The notes below the pieces were generated by a model. The model was not told the DNA's origin and made no database searches. It was given only the letters and a program-made list of their open reading frames with translations. From NCBI GenBank assembly GCA_965240325.2, contig OZ251225.1, forward strand, positions 1,240,001-1,304,000: 64,000 nucleotides of DNA, read 5' to 3'. This document shows positions 31,318-43,100 of the stretch, one piece after another (positions within the stretch are counted from its first letter, which is position 1; the number at the start of each line of letters is the position of its first letter). Source of the stretch: Rebecca billardiae RCC1528. Lineage: Eukaryota > Protista > Haptophyta. The position numbers and the translations under genes are program-made.

Positions 31318-34300
31318 TCACAGCACCTCCACATGCACGGCAGCGCTCGAGTCGAAGCCGAGGTAGCAGTCCGAGACGAGGTGGAGCGTGTACTCGTACG
31401 CGCCGGGCTCGTCGGGCGCGACGAAGCGCAGCTCTGCGCGCGCGCTCCGGCCGACAGACACGCGCTTGAGTGCGAGCAGCTCGTCGCCGTCGGTGAGCGC
31501 GAGCCACCAGCCCTCGGCCTTGGGCTTGGGGAACCTCGGCGCGTGCACCCTGCGCCCGACCGGCGCATTCGTCCGCGCGATCGCCACGCCCACGCAGCCC
31601 TCCTCGCCGCACGCGAGCTCGACGCCGCCGCCGAGCACGGCGAGCTGCACGCGCGGGAGGGAGCGCAGGGCGCGCACCGCGTCGCGCCGCTCGCGCTCGG
31701 CGGCGAGGCCCGCGCGGGCGAGGGCGCGGTGGAGCTCCGCGTCGGAGAGCGCGGCGAGCTGCGCGAGCCGCGCGTGCGCGCCGTCCGCCGCGCCCAGCCG
31801 GCGCGCCGCCTCCGCGCTCACGTGCGGCAGCAGCGCGGGCTCGGGGTCTGTGTCCCACGCGCCCTGCACGACCATCTGGCAGAGCCGCATCGCGCCGAGC
31901 GCGGCCGGCGCCGAGCCCGCGCCCGCGGCGATGTCGACCATGGCCTGGAGCACGCGGAGCGCCTGGTCCAGCACCGACTTGGTGTCCGTCACGTAGTCGC
32001 TCATCGGCAGCGCCAGCCTCGAGAAGTGCGCCTGCAGCAGCAGGTGCGCCTTCACGTGCGCGGCGTCGAGCGCGCTCTCATCGACCGGCAGCGGCACGGC
32101 CTTGGCGAGCTCGGCGTTGATCGAGTCCTCGTTGTGCCGCACGGGGAGCTCGGCGAACTCGGCGGCGTCGCACAGCACGGTGAGCAGCTCCGACACCGAC
32201 GGCCGCGGCACGCCGCCCTCCGCGCCGCCGCCGCCGAGCTCCGCCTGGAACGCCGAGACGGTCGCGTACGACAAGTAGTACGCGGCGGCTGTGCGGCCGA
32301 GCGCGGTCGGCTCGATGGCGCACCCGTCGGCCGTCTCGTCGAGCTGCACGCAGCCGGCGGCCTCGAGGTCGGCGACGGTGGCCTCGACGAGCTCGCACAG
32401 CACCTCGCTCGTCGCCGCGCTCGAGCCGTCGCGCGCGTGGTAGTACGACGGGTTCTGCGGCAGCCGGCGGAAGAAGAAGGTCCACGTGAGATAGTCGAGC
32501 GCGTCCTGCTTGGAGCCGATCGCCCCGCCCGCAATCTCAGCGTTGAGGTGGTCGTGCAGCTGCTCGTGCAGCGCGGACTCGACGGGGAAGGGCTCGTACA
32601 GGAACTTGCGGTAGAAGTTCTTCTTCGGCTCGTGCACCAGGATCACCGCGACGCCGTGGTCGTCGTACTGCGGCCGGCCCGCGCGGCCCATCATCTGCAG
32701 GACGTCAGTCACGGGGAAGTCGACGTACCGCTTGGTCTTGCCGTCAAAGTACTCGGTCCCCTTCACCACCACGAGGTGCGCGGGGAGGTTGACGCCCCAC
32801 GCGAGCGTGGAGGTGGAGACGAGGACGAGGATGCGGCCCGACTCGAACAGCCCCTCCACCAGCACGCGGTCCGCGTCGGGCAGCCCCGCGTGGTGCAGCC
32901 CGACGCCGAACGCGAGCGTGTGCCGCAGCGCGCTGTCTCGCACGCTCGCGAGCGCGTCGTCGAGCTCGGCCGCGCCCATGCGCACCCACTGGCTCGGCGT
33001 CTCGTCGGCCGAGGCGTACGAGATGAGGTCGAGCGCGGTGAGGCGCGTCTGCCGCCGCGACGAGACGAACACGAGCGTCGGCTTCGACGGCGCGTGCTGC
33101 ACGATCGCGCGGTAGCACGGCTTGTTCATCGCGGCCATGCGCGGGCAGTAGTGCCGGCCGGCGTGCCCCGAGATGTGCACCTCAAGGGGTACGGGCCGAA
33201 CGCTCGGCTTGAAGTTGAAGAGGCCGCCCTCGCCGACGCCGAGCCAGTGCGCGAGGTCGTGCGCGTTGGCGAGGGACGAGGTGAGCCCGACGAACCGCAC
33301 CGCGCCCTCCGTCTGCGCGCTGATGTACCGCATCCGCGAGACGATCACCTCGAGCACCGGGCCTCGCTCCTCGCCCAGAAGGTGCACCTCATCCAGGATG
33401 AGCAGACCGACGTCGCGCACGTAGCCGCGCGTGGCCCAGCCGCGCGAGACGGAGTCCCACTTCTCGGGCGTGGTGGCGATGATGTGCGCGGTGCGCAGCG
33501 CGTGCAGGTCCGGCGCCGCGTCGCCCGTCAGCTCGACCATCCGCAGCCCGAGGCCGCAGAGCCTCCGCCCCCAGTCGCCCATGCGCTCGCGCACGAGCGC
33601 CTTGAGCGGTCCCACGTACACCGCCTTGCGCCCCGGGTGCGCGCGCGCGAGGCGGAGGACGGCGAGCTCGGCGGCGACGGTCTTGCCCGAGCCGGTGGGC
33701 GCGCCGACGAGCAGGCTCGCGTCGGTGTGGTACGCCGCGTGGAAGAACTGCGTCTGCACCGGGTTGAAGTGCGAGAAGCGATACAGCGCCTCGAGACGCT
33801 CGTCGCCGAGCGCCGCCTTGGGCAGCGGCCGCAGCGGGAGCAGCGGCGTGTGCGCGGGGCCGGCGGCGGGGAGGGCGAGGTCGTGGAGCGGGAGCGGCAC
33901 GACGGTCTCGCAGCCGAGGAACCCCTCCGACACCACGCGCACCAGGTACTGCGTCGGCAGCGGCTCGAAGAGCGGGATGGTGAACGAGAGCGCGTGCGCC
34001 TCGTTCGCCTTGGCGCGCGGCAGCGTCCATCGCTCCTTGTGGTACACATGCTCGTCGTCGAAGTCCTCGACCCAGACGTACCAGGAGAGCGCGCCGCCGT
34101 GCACGCGCTCGGACCAGGCGAAATCGGCCTCGAGGCGCAGCTGCACGCGCAGCACCGTGCGCGTGATCGGCTGCGTCTCCAGCTCGACGCGCAGCGCGGG
34201 CAGCCGGCGCGCGGCGGCGCGCACCGCGCCGCCTTGCCGCACGTGTCCGATGAGCGCGCCCGCCTCGGCGTCGGACATGTCGAGCAGCGTGTCGCGCGTG

Positions 34301-37300
34301 GCGCGCGCGGCCTCGAGCTTGGCGAGCGCCTCCTCGGAGAGCCCGCCCGCCTGGCGCAGCGCCGACGCCGTCGCCCACAGCCGCCACTCCAGCGACTTTG
34401 CGAGCGTGAGCGCCTTGAGTGCCAGGCCGATCCACCCCTTTGAGAGCCCCATCTCAAAGAAGCCGCGCGAGATCCGCCCCGCGGACTGCGAGATGAAGTT
34501 GGAGTCGGAGATGAGCGAGGAGGCGCGCAGCGGCTGGCCCGAGATGTACGCCTGGATGAGCACGTTCACCTTGCCCCCCGGCGCGTCCACGCCGCCGCCG
34601 AGCACCTTGAGCGGGCACGCGGCCAGCAGCTCGCCCAGCTCCTCTCCCTCCTCGTCGCGCGCGCGCACGTTTTCAAACTCGGCCGAGCGCGCGAGCGCGC
34701 CGAGCACCTCGGCGTCGGTGGCGAGCGGGCGGAGGCGGAGCTCGGAGGCGTCGTGCTCGGCGTCGTCGCAGAACAGCCGCACCGTGCCCAGCCCCAGGTA
34801 GAAGTGCGACGCCAGCCGGCCCATCTCCGTCGAGTCGAGCGCGCCGCTCGCCGCGTTGAAGCGCACCATGCGGCAGCCGTCGAGCTTGCGCGCGACCGTG
34901 CGCACGAGGTTGAGGCGCCAGCCGTAGAGCTCGGGGTCGGCCTCGCGCTGCGCGGCGCTGATGCCGTACGCGAGCGGGTTGCGGCACGCGCGCACGAACA
35001 GGTACGTGTACGACAGCCACGCCGCGCCCTCCGCCACACTCGAGACGGTGCCGAGCGACACCTCCGCGTTCAGGTGGTCGGGCAGTGCCGCCAGCAGCTG
35101 GGACTCGACGGGGAGCTGCGCGGTGAGGAGCTTGAGGTAGTGCGCGAGCTTGTCGTGCGTGGTGATGATGATCCCCGTGCCCGACGTGTCGAACTGCGGC
35201 CGCCCCGCGCGGCCGAAGATCTGCATCACGTCGAGCGCGGACAGCTCGACGTGCGCGCCCTTCTGCGGGTTGTAGATCTTCGTGCCCTTGATGATCACGG
35301 TGTGCGCGGGCAGGTTGACGCCCCACGCGAGCGTGGCGGTGCAGACGAGGCAGCGGAGCAGCCCGTCGGTGAAGAGCCGCTCGACCAGGTTGCGGTCCGC
35401 GCGCACCATCCCCGCGTGGTGCACGCCCAGCCCGCACGCGAACAGCTCGCGCACGTCGGCCGAGCGCGCCTTGGCGACGTCACGCGCCGCCGCGCCGAGC
35501 CGCGGGTGGTCGGTCGGCGGCGCGAGGCGCTCGACGTCGGCGTTGGCGCGCGCGAGGTCGCGGATCGCGCGCGCCGTGCGCACGGTGTCGTTCCGCGCGT
35601 GCACGAAGATCATCGCCTGCTTCCCCGCCAGCGCCGCCTCGAGCAGCCGCTCGTACGCCAGCTCGGTCATCACCTGCGCGCGCCGCAGCGGCTGTCCGAC
35701 CTTGACGCCGACGTACTCCTGTCGCAGCGGCACCGGCCGGTACGAGGCGTCGAAGAAGTGAACGCCGGTGCGCGGGCTGGCGCGGAGGAAGAGCGCCACG
35801 TCCGCGTAGTTGGGCAGCGTCGCGGACAGCCCGACCAGCCGGATCCCCACCTGCGCCGACTCGACGAGCCGCAGCGTGCGCGCGACCAGCGCCTCGAGCA
35901 CCGCGCCTCGCTCGTCGTGCAGCAGGTGGACCTCGTCGAGGATGAGCAGCCCGACGTGGTCGACGAGGGCGTCGGAGCCCTTGCGCGTGACCACGTCCCA
36001 CTTCTCCGGCGTGGTCACCAGCACGTTCGCCTCCGCCACCTCCTTGCGCGTCAGCTGCATGTCCCCCGTGAACTCGCGCGCGCGCAGCGCGAGCGGCCGC
36101 AGCGCCGCGCCCAGCTTGGCTGTCACCTCAGACGCGAGCGCCTTCATCGGCGCGACGTACACGATCTTGACGCGCTCGCGCTCGATGGTGCCGCCGTCGG
36201 CGCGGGCGTGCGCGCGCACCTGCTGCGCGATCGTCATCAGCGCGACGTTCGTCTTCCCCGCCCCCGTCGGCGCGCACAGCAGCATGTTCTCCGACGAGTA
36301 GAGCGCGCACCGGTGCACCGAGCTCTGCACCGGGTTGAGCGACTCGACGCCCGCAAAGATGAGCCTGGCGAGCGGGTCGAGGGAGGAGACCTTGACGCGC
36401 GGGCGCGAGGCGGCGAGCTCGCGCGCGGCGTCGCCGTCGTCGCCGCCCGGCGGGGGCACGCTCACCACCTCGTGCGTCTCGTACACGTCGCGCCGCGTGC
36501 CCTCGGGCAGCGCGGCGCGCGCTGACGCGAGCCCGGCGCCGCCGCGCGCCGCGCCGCCGCCCGCCGCCGCGGCCGCGCGCGCGTCCAGCTCCATGGCGGC
36601 GAAGGCCTGCAGCGCGTGGTCGAGGCCGACGGTGCCGAGCAGCCGCTCGAGCGCGGCCGCGGCGGCGGGCGCGCCCGCCGCGCGCCGCGCCGCGCGCCGC
36701 TCCTCCTTGCGCCGCGCCTTCTCCTGCCGTTGCGCAGACAGTGAGATCACGCTCACCATCGGCGCGGGCGCGCCGTCGAGCGCGCCGCCGCCGCCGCCGC
36801 CGCCGCCGCCGGGCTGCGCGGAGGCGTCCTCGCCGAGCAGCGCGTCGCAGACGGCAAGCGCGCCGTCGCAGATCCGCGCGCGCGCCGCGAGCGCCGCGCC
36901 CACCAGCTCGATCCCCTCGAAGCCGACGAGCTCGAACAGCTCGTTCTGCAGCGCGTCGTCAGCGCCGTCAGAAAGCAGCGGCCGCAGCATGGCCGCCGCG
37001 ACCGCCTCGCCCTCCACGCCCGGCGGGGCGCCCGGCCGCTCAACGTGGGCCTGCACGGCCTGGCGGAGCCAGACGAGCGCCGCGGCGGGGCCCGCCGACG
37101 CGCCCGACCCGTCGAGCGCGCCGCCGCCCTCGCTCGCCGCCGAGGCGGCGGCGGCGGCGGCGGCGGCGGCGTCCGCTGCGTCCGCCTGGGCGCCGAGCGC
37201 GAGCGCGGCGCGCATGTCCTCGTCCATGGCGCCGTTGGCGTCGGAGGGGGCGGCGGGGGCGGGCCGCGGCGCGGGTGCGGCGCGAGCCTTGCCCCCGCCG

Positions 37301-37920
37301 CGCGCGCGCGCTCCGGCCCCGGGCTCCGCGTCGAGCGCCGCGCGCACGGCGCGCACGCGCGGCGCGGCATCGCCCTGCTCTGACCAGCGCGCGCGCTCGC
37401 GCACGCGCCAGCCGTGGCCGAACGGAGGGCGTCCGCCCCGCGGCGTGGGCCCCGGCTCCGAGCCCTTCGGCCCCACCTCGCCTCGCCACGCGCTCAGCGC
37501 CGCGTGCAGCTCGACCAGCCGCCGCACCGCTCCGTCAGACACGTTGGAGACACCCAGAGAATCGCCGAGCGCGCTCGCGAGCGAGCGCAGGCGGCGCACG
37601 TCGTCGGGCTGCGGGTAGCGCTCGGCGGCGGTCGACGCGGCGGAGAAGATGGCGTGGACGGCCCCGTGCGCGTCGGCGCCCACAAGCTCCGCCGCTACCT
37701 TGGCGACCTCGGCGAACTGGCGGCGGCGCTCGTTGTACGCGGGCGCCTTTGCACTCACGCCGGCCGCGAACGTCTCCCACGAGAGGGACGCGGGGCCCGC
37801 GGCATCGGCCCGCGCGGCGAGCGCGCGCTCCTGCGCCTCGCGCGCCGCGCGCGCGTCGAAGCGTGCCTCGCCCTGCAAGCGCTCGCGCACCAGCGCGCCC
37901 AGGCTCGTCGCGCCCGGCAT
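31318..37920 (-). CDS. ASCC3: Activating signal cointegrator 1 complex subunit 3 (Slh1/ASCC3) dual-cassette Ski2-like helicase
   Basis: Two helicase cassettes (APTGAGKT / DEVH / GLSAT and APTGSGKT / DEVH), each followed by a Sec63 domain. HFNPVQTQ, HYCPRM and RFPKPKAEGWW favour ASCC3 over Brr2. Intronless, ATG 37920. Confidence 0.93.
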   Translation of the reverse strand: MPGATSLGALVRERLQGEARFDARAAREAQERALAARADAAGPASLSWETFAAGVSAKAPAYNERRRQFAEVAKVAAELVGADAHGAVHAIFSAASTAAERYPQPDDVRRLRSLASALGDSLGVSNVSDGAVRRLVELHAALSAWRGEVGPKGSEPGPTPRGGRPPFGHGWRVRERARWSEQGDAAPRVRAVRAALDAEPGAGARARGGGKARAAPAPRPAPAAPSDANGAMDEDMRAALALGAQADAADAAAAAAAAASAASEGGGALDGSGASAGPAAALVWLRQAVQAHVERPGAPPGVEGEAVAAAMLRPLLSDGADDALQNELFELVGFEGIELVGAALAARARICDGALAVCDALLGEDASAQPGGGGGGGGGALDGAPAPMVSVISLSAQRQEKARRKEERRAARRAAGAPAAAAALERLLGTVGLDHALQAFAAMELDARAAAAAGGGAARGGAGLASARAALPEGTRRDVYETHEVVSVPPPGGDDGDAARELAASRPRVKVSSLDPLARLIFAGVESLNPVQSSVHRCALYSSENMLLCAPTGAGKTNVALMTIAQQVRAHARADGGTIERERVKIVYVAPMKALASEVTAKLGAALRPLALRAREFTGDMQLTRKEVAEANVLVTTPEKWDVVTRKGSDALVDHVGLLILDEVHLLHDERGAVLEALVARTLRLVESAQVGIRLVGLSATLPNYADVALFLRASPRTGVHFFDASYRPVPLRQEYVGVKVGQPLRRAQVMTELAYERLLEAALAGKQAMIFVHARNDTVRTARAIRDLARANADVERLAPPTDHPRLGAAARDVAKARSADVRELFACGLGVHHAGMVRADRNLVERLFTDGLLRCLVCTATLAWGVNLPAHTVIIKGTKIYNPQKGAHVELSALDVMQIFGRAGRPQFDTSGTGIIITTHDKLAHYLKLLTAQLPVESQLLAALPDHLNAEVSLGTVSSVAEGAAWLSYTYLFVRACRNPLAYGISAAQREADPELYGWRLNLVRTVARKLDGCRMVRFNAASGALDSTEMGRLASHFYLGLGTVRLFCDDAEHDASELRLRPLATDAEVLGALARSAEFENVRARDEEGEELGELLAACPLKVLGGGVDAPGGKVNVLIQAYISGQPLRASSLISDSNFISQSAGRISRGFFEMGLSKGWIGLALKALTLAKSLEWRLWATASALRQAGGLSEEALAKLEAARATRDTLLDMSDAEAGALIGHVRQGGAVRAAARRLPALRVELETQPITRTVLRVQLRLEADFAWSERVHGGALSWYVWVEDFDDEHVYHKERWTLPRAKANEAHALSFTIPLFEPLPTQYLVRVVSEGFLGCETVVPLPLHDLALPAAGPAHTPLLPLRPLPKAALGDERLEALYRFSHFNPVQTQFFHAAYHTDASLLVGAPTGSGKTVAAELAVLRLARAHPGRKAVYVGPLKALVRERMGDWGRRLCGLGLRMVELTGDAAPDLHALRTAHIIATTPEKWDSVSRGWATRGYVRDVGLLILDEVHLLGEERGPVLEVIVSRMRYISAQTEGAVRFVGLTSSLANAHDLAHWLGVGEGGLFNFKPSVRPVPLEVHISGHAGRHYCPRMAAMNKPCYRAIVQHAPSKPTLVFVSSRRQTRLTALDLISYASADETPSQWVRMGAAELDDALASVRDSALRHTLAFGVGLHHAGLPDADRVLVEGLFESGRILVLVSTSTLAWGVNLPAHLVVVKGTEYFDGKTKRYVDFPVTDVLQMMGRAGRPQYDDHGVAVILVHEPKKNFYRKFLYEPFPVESALHEQLHDHLNAEIAGGAIGSKQDALDYLTWTFFFRRLPQNPSYYHARDGSSAATSEVLCELVEATVADLEAAGCVQLDETADGCAIEPTALGRTAAAYYLSYATVSAFQAELGGGGAEGGVPRPSVSELLTVLCDAAEFAELPVRHNEDSINAELAKAVPLPVDESALDAAHVKAHLLLQAHFSRLALPMSDYVTDTKSVLDQALRVLQAMVDIAAGAGSAPAALGAMRLCQMVVQGAWDTDPEPALLPHVSAEAARRLGAADGAHARLAQLAALSDAELHRALARAGLAAERERRDAVRALRSLPRVQLAVLGGGVELACGEEGCVGVAIARTNAPVGRRVHAPRFPKPKAEGWWLALTDGDELLALKRVSVGRSARAELRFVAPDEPGAYEYTLHLVSDCYLGFDSSAAVHVEVL

Positions 37921-38114
37921 CGTGGGAAAAGACGCGTCCACACTGGGCGGCCACGTCTGATGCGAGAACGCGAAATGAAAAGGGGGACCAAGGGGGTTCA
38001 ATCCGACGAAAACATCGTGAGGCGCGCGAGTTCTGCTGCAGCCGCACCGGCAGGCCCGCCCTTGCCCGGGCGGACGGGACGCACGCTCTCCGAGGCGTAA
38101 CACGGAAAGGCCTC

Positions 38115-39800
38115 ATGGCGGAGGACGAGGACGCGCTCCTCCGTCTGGCCAGCGATGCCGTCTCGCAGGAGCGGTGGGCGGTTCGGCTGGAGCTAGGCCA
38201 GCTCGCCTTTGTCCTCTTCTCCTCGCTTTGCCAGCACGTCGACCTGCACGGCAGCGAGCTGCGCTCGGACGCGGCATGGATGCTGATCGCTCCGCTCGTC
38301 GCCGCGCGCCGGCTGATCGTGCGCTACACCGCCCGGCCTCGACTCGGGCAGCCGAGCGCGCCGCGCAGGCGCACGTGGCCGATCTCGCGCGAAGCGCTCA
38401 TCCTGGCCCTCCTCGCGCTGTGCGCCCTCGCGCTGCTGCGGTGCGCAGTGCGCGCCGTGCCCTTCCTGGCCGTGCTGATCGCAGTCGCTCTGCCTGCACT
38501 GGCGAGCACGCTGCTGCGCGTGTGGGCGGACAGCCTGCGCAGCCCGTGGCGGCAGATCATGCTCAGCTGCATCGACGCCGCCGACGTCGCGTACGTCGCC
38601 GGCCCGCTGCCCGTGCGCACGTTCGGCGCGCGGCTGCACGCGCAGGCGGCGCTGGCGGGCAGCGGCAGCGCGGCCGCCGCGGAGGCGACGAACGCCGCCC
38701 TGCAGTCCGCCTTCGCGGTGGCGCGTGCGAACGGTCTGCGCGTAGGCCTGGGGTCGTTCGTGCTGCTCTGCGCCGCGGACTGCATCACGCGCGTCGTCGA
38801 GCTGTACCACGAGGCGCACACCCACGGCGCGTGGCTGCTGCTCGGCAGCAGTGCCGAGCGCCCACCGGGCGGCTGGCCGCTGCCGCCGGGCTTGCCGCAT
38901 CCGCTGCCGCGCGCGCCCGTCGCGCAGGGCCACGACGGCGCGGGCGGGTGCGGGGGCAGAGGCGCGAGGCGCGGCGGTGCGCACGAGCAATGGCTGCACC
39001 GCGCGCGCGGCCCCGGCGGGAAGGCGGGGGCCGCCGCCGCCGCCGCCGCCGCCGCGGGCTCGGAGCCGTGGGCCGCCCGGGTGGCTACTAGCCTGGCAGG
39101 CTGGCTGCGGCGCGCGGCGTGCGGCGGCGCCGGGGGCAGCGCGGCGGGCGGTGACGAGTGCCGCCGGCCGGACGGGCCGAGCATGCCGCAGCGCTCCGCC
39201 CTCCTCGCCCGCGCGCGCAGGGCTTTGCCGGGCGCCGCCGCCGACGCGCCGCGCAGCAGCGGCTGCACCGGCTCAGGCCCAGCCGCGCCGGCCGACGGCG
39301 CCGGGGCGGCCATGCTGATACCCGAGTGGCGCGCTGACGACGCGGCCTACCCGCTCGGGGCGGTCGTGTCGCGCGGCGGGTACGACTGGCTTGCCCTGGG
39401 CACCGCCACCGCCGGCCAGCCCGGCTCGGTGCTCGACGCGTGCGCCTTCTGCGCGCAGTGCGCGCCTCTGCGCCCTCTGTCCCTGCTCGTCGGCGCGAGC
39501 GTCGTGCTGGTCTGGCTGTCGGTTGCGGCCAACGTGCACATGCCTCCGGTCGGCTGGCGCATCGCGCACGTGCAGACGATGAGCGTCGTGTTCATCGCCC
39601 TCGAGCTGCTGGCGGCGCGCGGCGCGGCACGAGAGCACTTGTCGCAGGCCATTGAGCTGATGGCGGCCTCGCCGTCCATGGCGAAGCCCTCGGCGTCGCT
39701 GGCGAAGAACGGGTCAGGGCGCAGCGGCGGCGGCCACGGGCACGGCGGCGCCGTCCGCCAGTCTCACGACGGCGGGCCGCGCCGCGCGCGCGCGTCGTGA
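38115..39800 (+). CDS. TMEM39: TMEM39-family membrane protein (divergent)
   Basis: LCQHVDLH, AYVAGPLP, LYHEAHTHGAW and W...YPLGAVV...ALG...GQPG...PLRPLSLL parallel conserved TMEM39 blocks (from recall). Starts 194 bp from ASCC3, divergently. Confidence 0.65.
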   Translation: MAEDEDALLRLASDAVSQERWAVRLELGQLAFVLFSSLCQHVDLHGSELRSDAAWMLIAPLVAARRLIVRYTARPRLGQPSAPRRRTWPISREALILALLALCALALLRCAVRAVPFLAVLIAVALPALASTLLRVWADSLRSPWRQIMLSCIDAADVAYVAGPLPVRTFGARLHAQAALAGSGSAAAAEATNAALQSAFAVARANGLRVGLGSFVLLCAADCITRVVELYHEAHTHGAWLLLGSSAERPPGGWPLPPGLPHPLPRAPVAQGHDGAGGCGGRGARRGGAHEQWLHRARGPGGKAGAAAAAAAAAGSEPWAARVATSLAGWLRRAACGGAGGSAAGGDECRRPDGPSMPQRSALLARARRALPGAAADAPRSSGCTGSGPAAPADGAGAAMLIPEWRADDAAYPLGAVVSRGGYDWLALGTATAGQPGSVLDACAFCAQCAPLRPLSLLVGASVVLVWLSVAANVHMPPVGWRIAHVQTMSVVFIALELLAARGAAREHLSQAIELMAASPSMAKPSASLAKNGSGRSGGGHGHGGAVRQSHDGGPRRARAS

Positions 39801-40178
39801 AGTGACGATCAAGTTCAGCTGGCGGCGTCGGCGCATCAAGCTCACACTGCGCGCCCGAAGTCGGATGACGCCATTTGCGAGTCCTGCTCCGCTCTGAGCC
39901 GGCGACTAGCCGACTAAGACTATGCATCATGCATATGCCACTCTGCACTCACTCCCGACACGGACACTCGTCGGACAGTCCGCCACGTGTTTTGACGGTT
40001 TCAACTTTCGACGAATTCTCGACGACAGTCCAAATCCTGTTTGTGTGAAGTACCCGCACACTACTGGGCAGACCTGGGAGAGGCGCCCAAAATCCTGATC
40101 GCTGCTATTATTAGCGCGAAAAGGGTGAGTAGCTATCTACCCGCACTGCCGGCGCGCCGACGCTTCGTCGCGAGACAA

Positions 40179-43100
40179 ATGGGCGCGCGGCCGCGCGCGC
40201 TCGCTGCGGCGCGCAGCCGGGCCGTCGGCTCAATCATGGCGGTCTTGTCGTGCGCCCCGATCGTCCTCGCCATGACCACGAGCGCTGCTGGCTCACTCCC
40301 GGCGGCTGTATCCGCAGCCGACCGTTCGTCTGCACGGGGCGACGGGATTGTGATCGAGAGCGAGCATTTGGCTGCGGTGGGGTCGCCCTCGGGGAGGATG
40401 GGCGCCGACGAAGCCACCAGCGCTGTACTTTCACATCCGTTCGTCCCGCCGCGTGCGTCTTCGTCAGGGGCGGTCGCGTCGCGCTCGGCTGGAGCGTCGC
40501 GCTGGGCTGATGGCGACAGAGCCGTGACGCGTCGTCAACATCGCATGCTGGAGGATGCCCCACCGACGCCACCGTCGCCGCCGCCGGTGCCACCTCCCAG
40601 CCCACCGCCGAGCCCGCCGCCGAGCCCGCCGCCGAGCCCGCCGCCGCCGTCGCCACCGCCATCGCCGCCGCCGTCGCCGCCGCCGAGCCCGCCGCCGAGC
40701 CCGCCGCCCAGCCCGCCACCGCCGTCCCCACCGCCGTCGCCGCCACCCTCGCCTCCACCGAGCCCGCCACCGAGCCCACCGCCGAGCCCGCCGCCCAGCC
40801 CGCCGCCCAGCCCGCCGCCGCCGTCGCCTCCCCCATCCCCACCGCCAAGCCCGCCGCCGAGCCCGCCGCCGAGCCCGCCACCGAGCCCGCCGCCGCCATC
40901 GCCACCGCCATCACCTCCGCCGAGCCCGCCGCCCTCACCGCCGCCCTCACCGCCGCCAAGCTCACCTCCAAGTCCGCCGCCCTCGCCGCCGCCCTCGCCG
41001 CCCCCGTCCCCACCGCCGCCATCGCCGCCGCCATCGCCGCCGCCATCGCCTCCACCCAGCCCGCCACCCAGCCCGCCACCCAGCCCGCCACCCAGCCCGC
41101 CACCCAGCCCGCCGCCGCCGTCGCCACCGCCGTCACCACCGCCGTCGCCACCGCCGAGCCCGCCGCCGAGCCCGCCGCCGAGCCCGCCGCCCAGCCCGCC
41201 GCCCAGCCCGCCGCCCAGCCCGCCGCCACCAGCTCCACCGCCTTCGCCGCCGCCATCGCCTCCGCCGAGCCCGCCGCCGAGCCCTCCACCAAGCCCACCA
41301 CCGAGCCCGCCGCCGCCGTCGCCACCGCCGTCACCACCGCCATCGCCGCCGCCGAGCCCGCCACCGAGCCCACCGCCGAGCCCACCGCCGAGCCCACCGC
41401 CAAGTCCGCCACCACGTCCGCCGCCGCCATCACCACCACCATCACCGCCGCCCTTTCCGCCGCCATCGCCACCACCGAGCCCGCCGCCCACCCCGCCGCC
41501 GAGCCCGCCGCCGAGCCCGCCGCCACCGTCGCCACCGCCGTCACCACCGCCATCGCCACCCCCGAGCCCGCCGCCCAGCCCGCCGCCGAGCCCGCCGCCG
41601 AGCCCGCCGCCGAGCCCGCCGCCGAGCCCGCCGCCACCAGTCCCGCCGCCATCGCCGCCGCCATCACCTCCGCCGAGCCCGCCGCCGAGCCCGCCGCCAA
41701 GCCCTCCGCCGAGCCCACCGCCGCCGTCGCCACCGCCGTCACCACCGCCGGCGCCACCGCCGAGCCCGCCACCGAGCCCACCGCCGAGCCCGCCGCCGAT
41801 CCCACCGCCAAGTCCGCCACCATCTCCGCCGCCGCCGTCACCACCACCATCGCCGCCGCCCTTTCCGCCGCCATGGCCACCGCCGAGCCCGCCGCCGAGC
41901 CCACCACCGAGCCCGCCGCCCAGCCCGCCGCCGCCGTTGCAGCCGCCGTCGCCGCCACCATCACCGCCGCCCAGCCCGCCGCCCAGCGCGCCGCCCAGCC
42001 CGCCGCCCAGCCCGCCGCCGAGCCCGCCGCCCAGCCCGCCGCCGCCAGCTCCGCCGCCATCACCTCCGCCGCGCCCACCGCCGAGCCCGCCGCCGAGCCC
42101 GCCGCCAAGCCCACCGCCGAGCCCGCCGCCGCCGTCGCCACCGCCGTCGCCGCCGCCATCGCCGCCGCCGTCGCCTCCGCCGTCGCCTCCGCCGAGCCCG
42201 CCGCCGAGGCCGCCTCCGAGCCCTCCGCCAAGCCCGCCACCGCCATCGCCACCGCCGTCACCGCCGCCGGCACTGCCCCCAACGCCGCCGCCGAGCCCAC
42301 CGCCGAGCCCTCCACCATCTCCGCCGCCACCATCGCCGCCACCGTCACCGCCGCCCTCGCCACCGCCGTCGCCGCCTCCGAGCCCGCCGCCAAGCCCGCC
42401 GCCAAGCCCGCCGCCGAGCCCGCCGCCACCATCGCCGCCACCGTCACCGCCGCCGTCACCGCCGCCCTCGCCGCCACCGTCGCCGCCGCCGAGCCCGCCG
42501 CCGAGCCCACCGCCTAGCCCACCGCCGCCATTGCCACCGCCTTCACCGCCGCCTGGCTCCCCTCCGAGCCCGCCGCCAAGCCCGCCGCCCATGCCGCCGC
42601 CGAGCCCACCACCGAGCCCGCCGCCGCCGTCACCACCGCCGTCGCCGCCACCGTCACCACCCCCGAGCCCGCCGCCCAGCCCGCCCCCGAGCCCGCCCCC
42701 GCCGTTGCCTCCGCCATCGCCGCCGCCATCACCGCCGCCAAGCCCGCCGCCGAGCCCGCCGCCGAGCCCGCCACCGCCGTCGCCGCCCCCATCGCCCCCA
42801 CCATCACCGCCACCTTCCCCGCCGCCGAGCTCACCACCGAGCCCACCACCGAGCCCGCCGCCGAGCCCGCCGCCGAGCCCGCCGCCACCATCTCCACCAC
42901 CCTCGCCGCCACCGTCACCGCCACCATCTCCGCCGCCGAGCCCGCCACCTTCGCCGCCACCGAGCCCACCGCCAAGCCCGCCGCCGCCACTGTCACCGCC
43001 CTCGCCGCCGCCATCGCCGCCACCGTCCCCGCCACCATCGCCGCCTCCATCCCCGCCGCCAAGCGCACCGCCGAGCCCGCCGCCGAGCCCACCGCCGAGC

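Noticed and set aside
31192-37618. Long plus-strand ORFs overlapping ASCC3
   Set aside because: Stop-poor antisense frames expected at this GC content, with no motifs.
31318-37920. Brr2/SNRNP200 assignment
   Set aside because: The second cassette keeps intact GKT/DEVH motifs and HYCPRM, and the Brr2-type N-terminus is absent.
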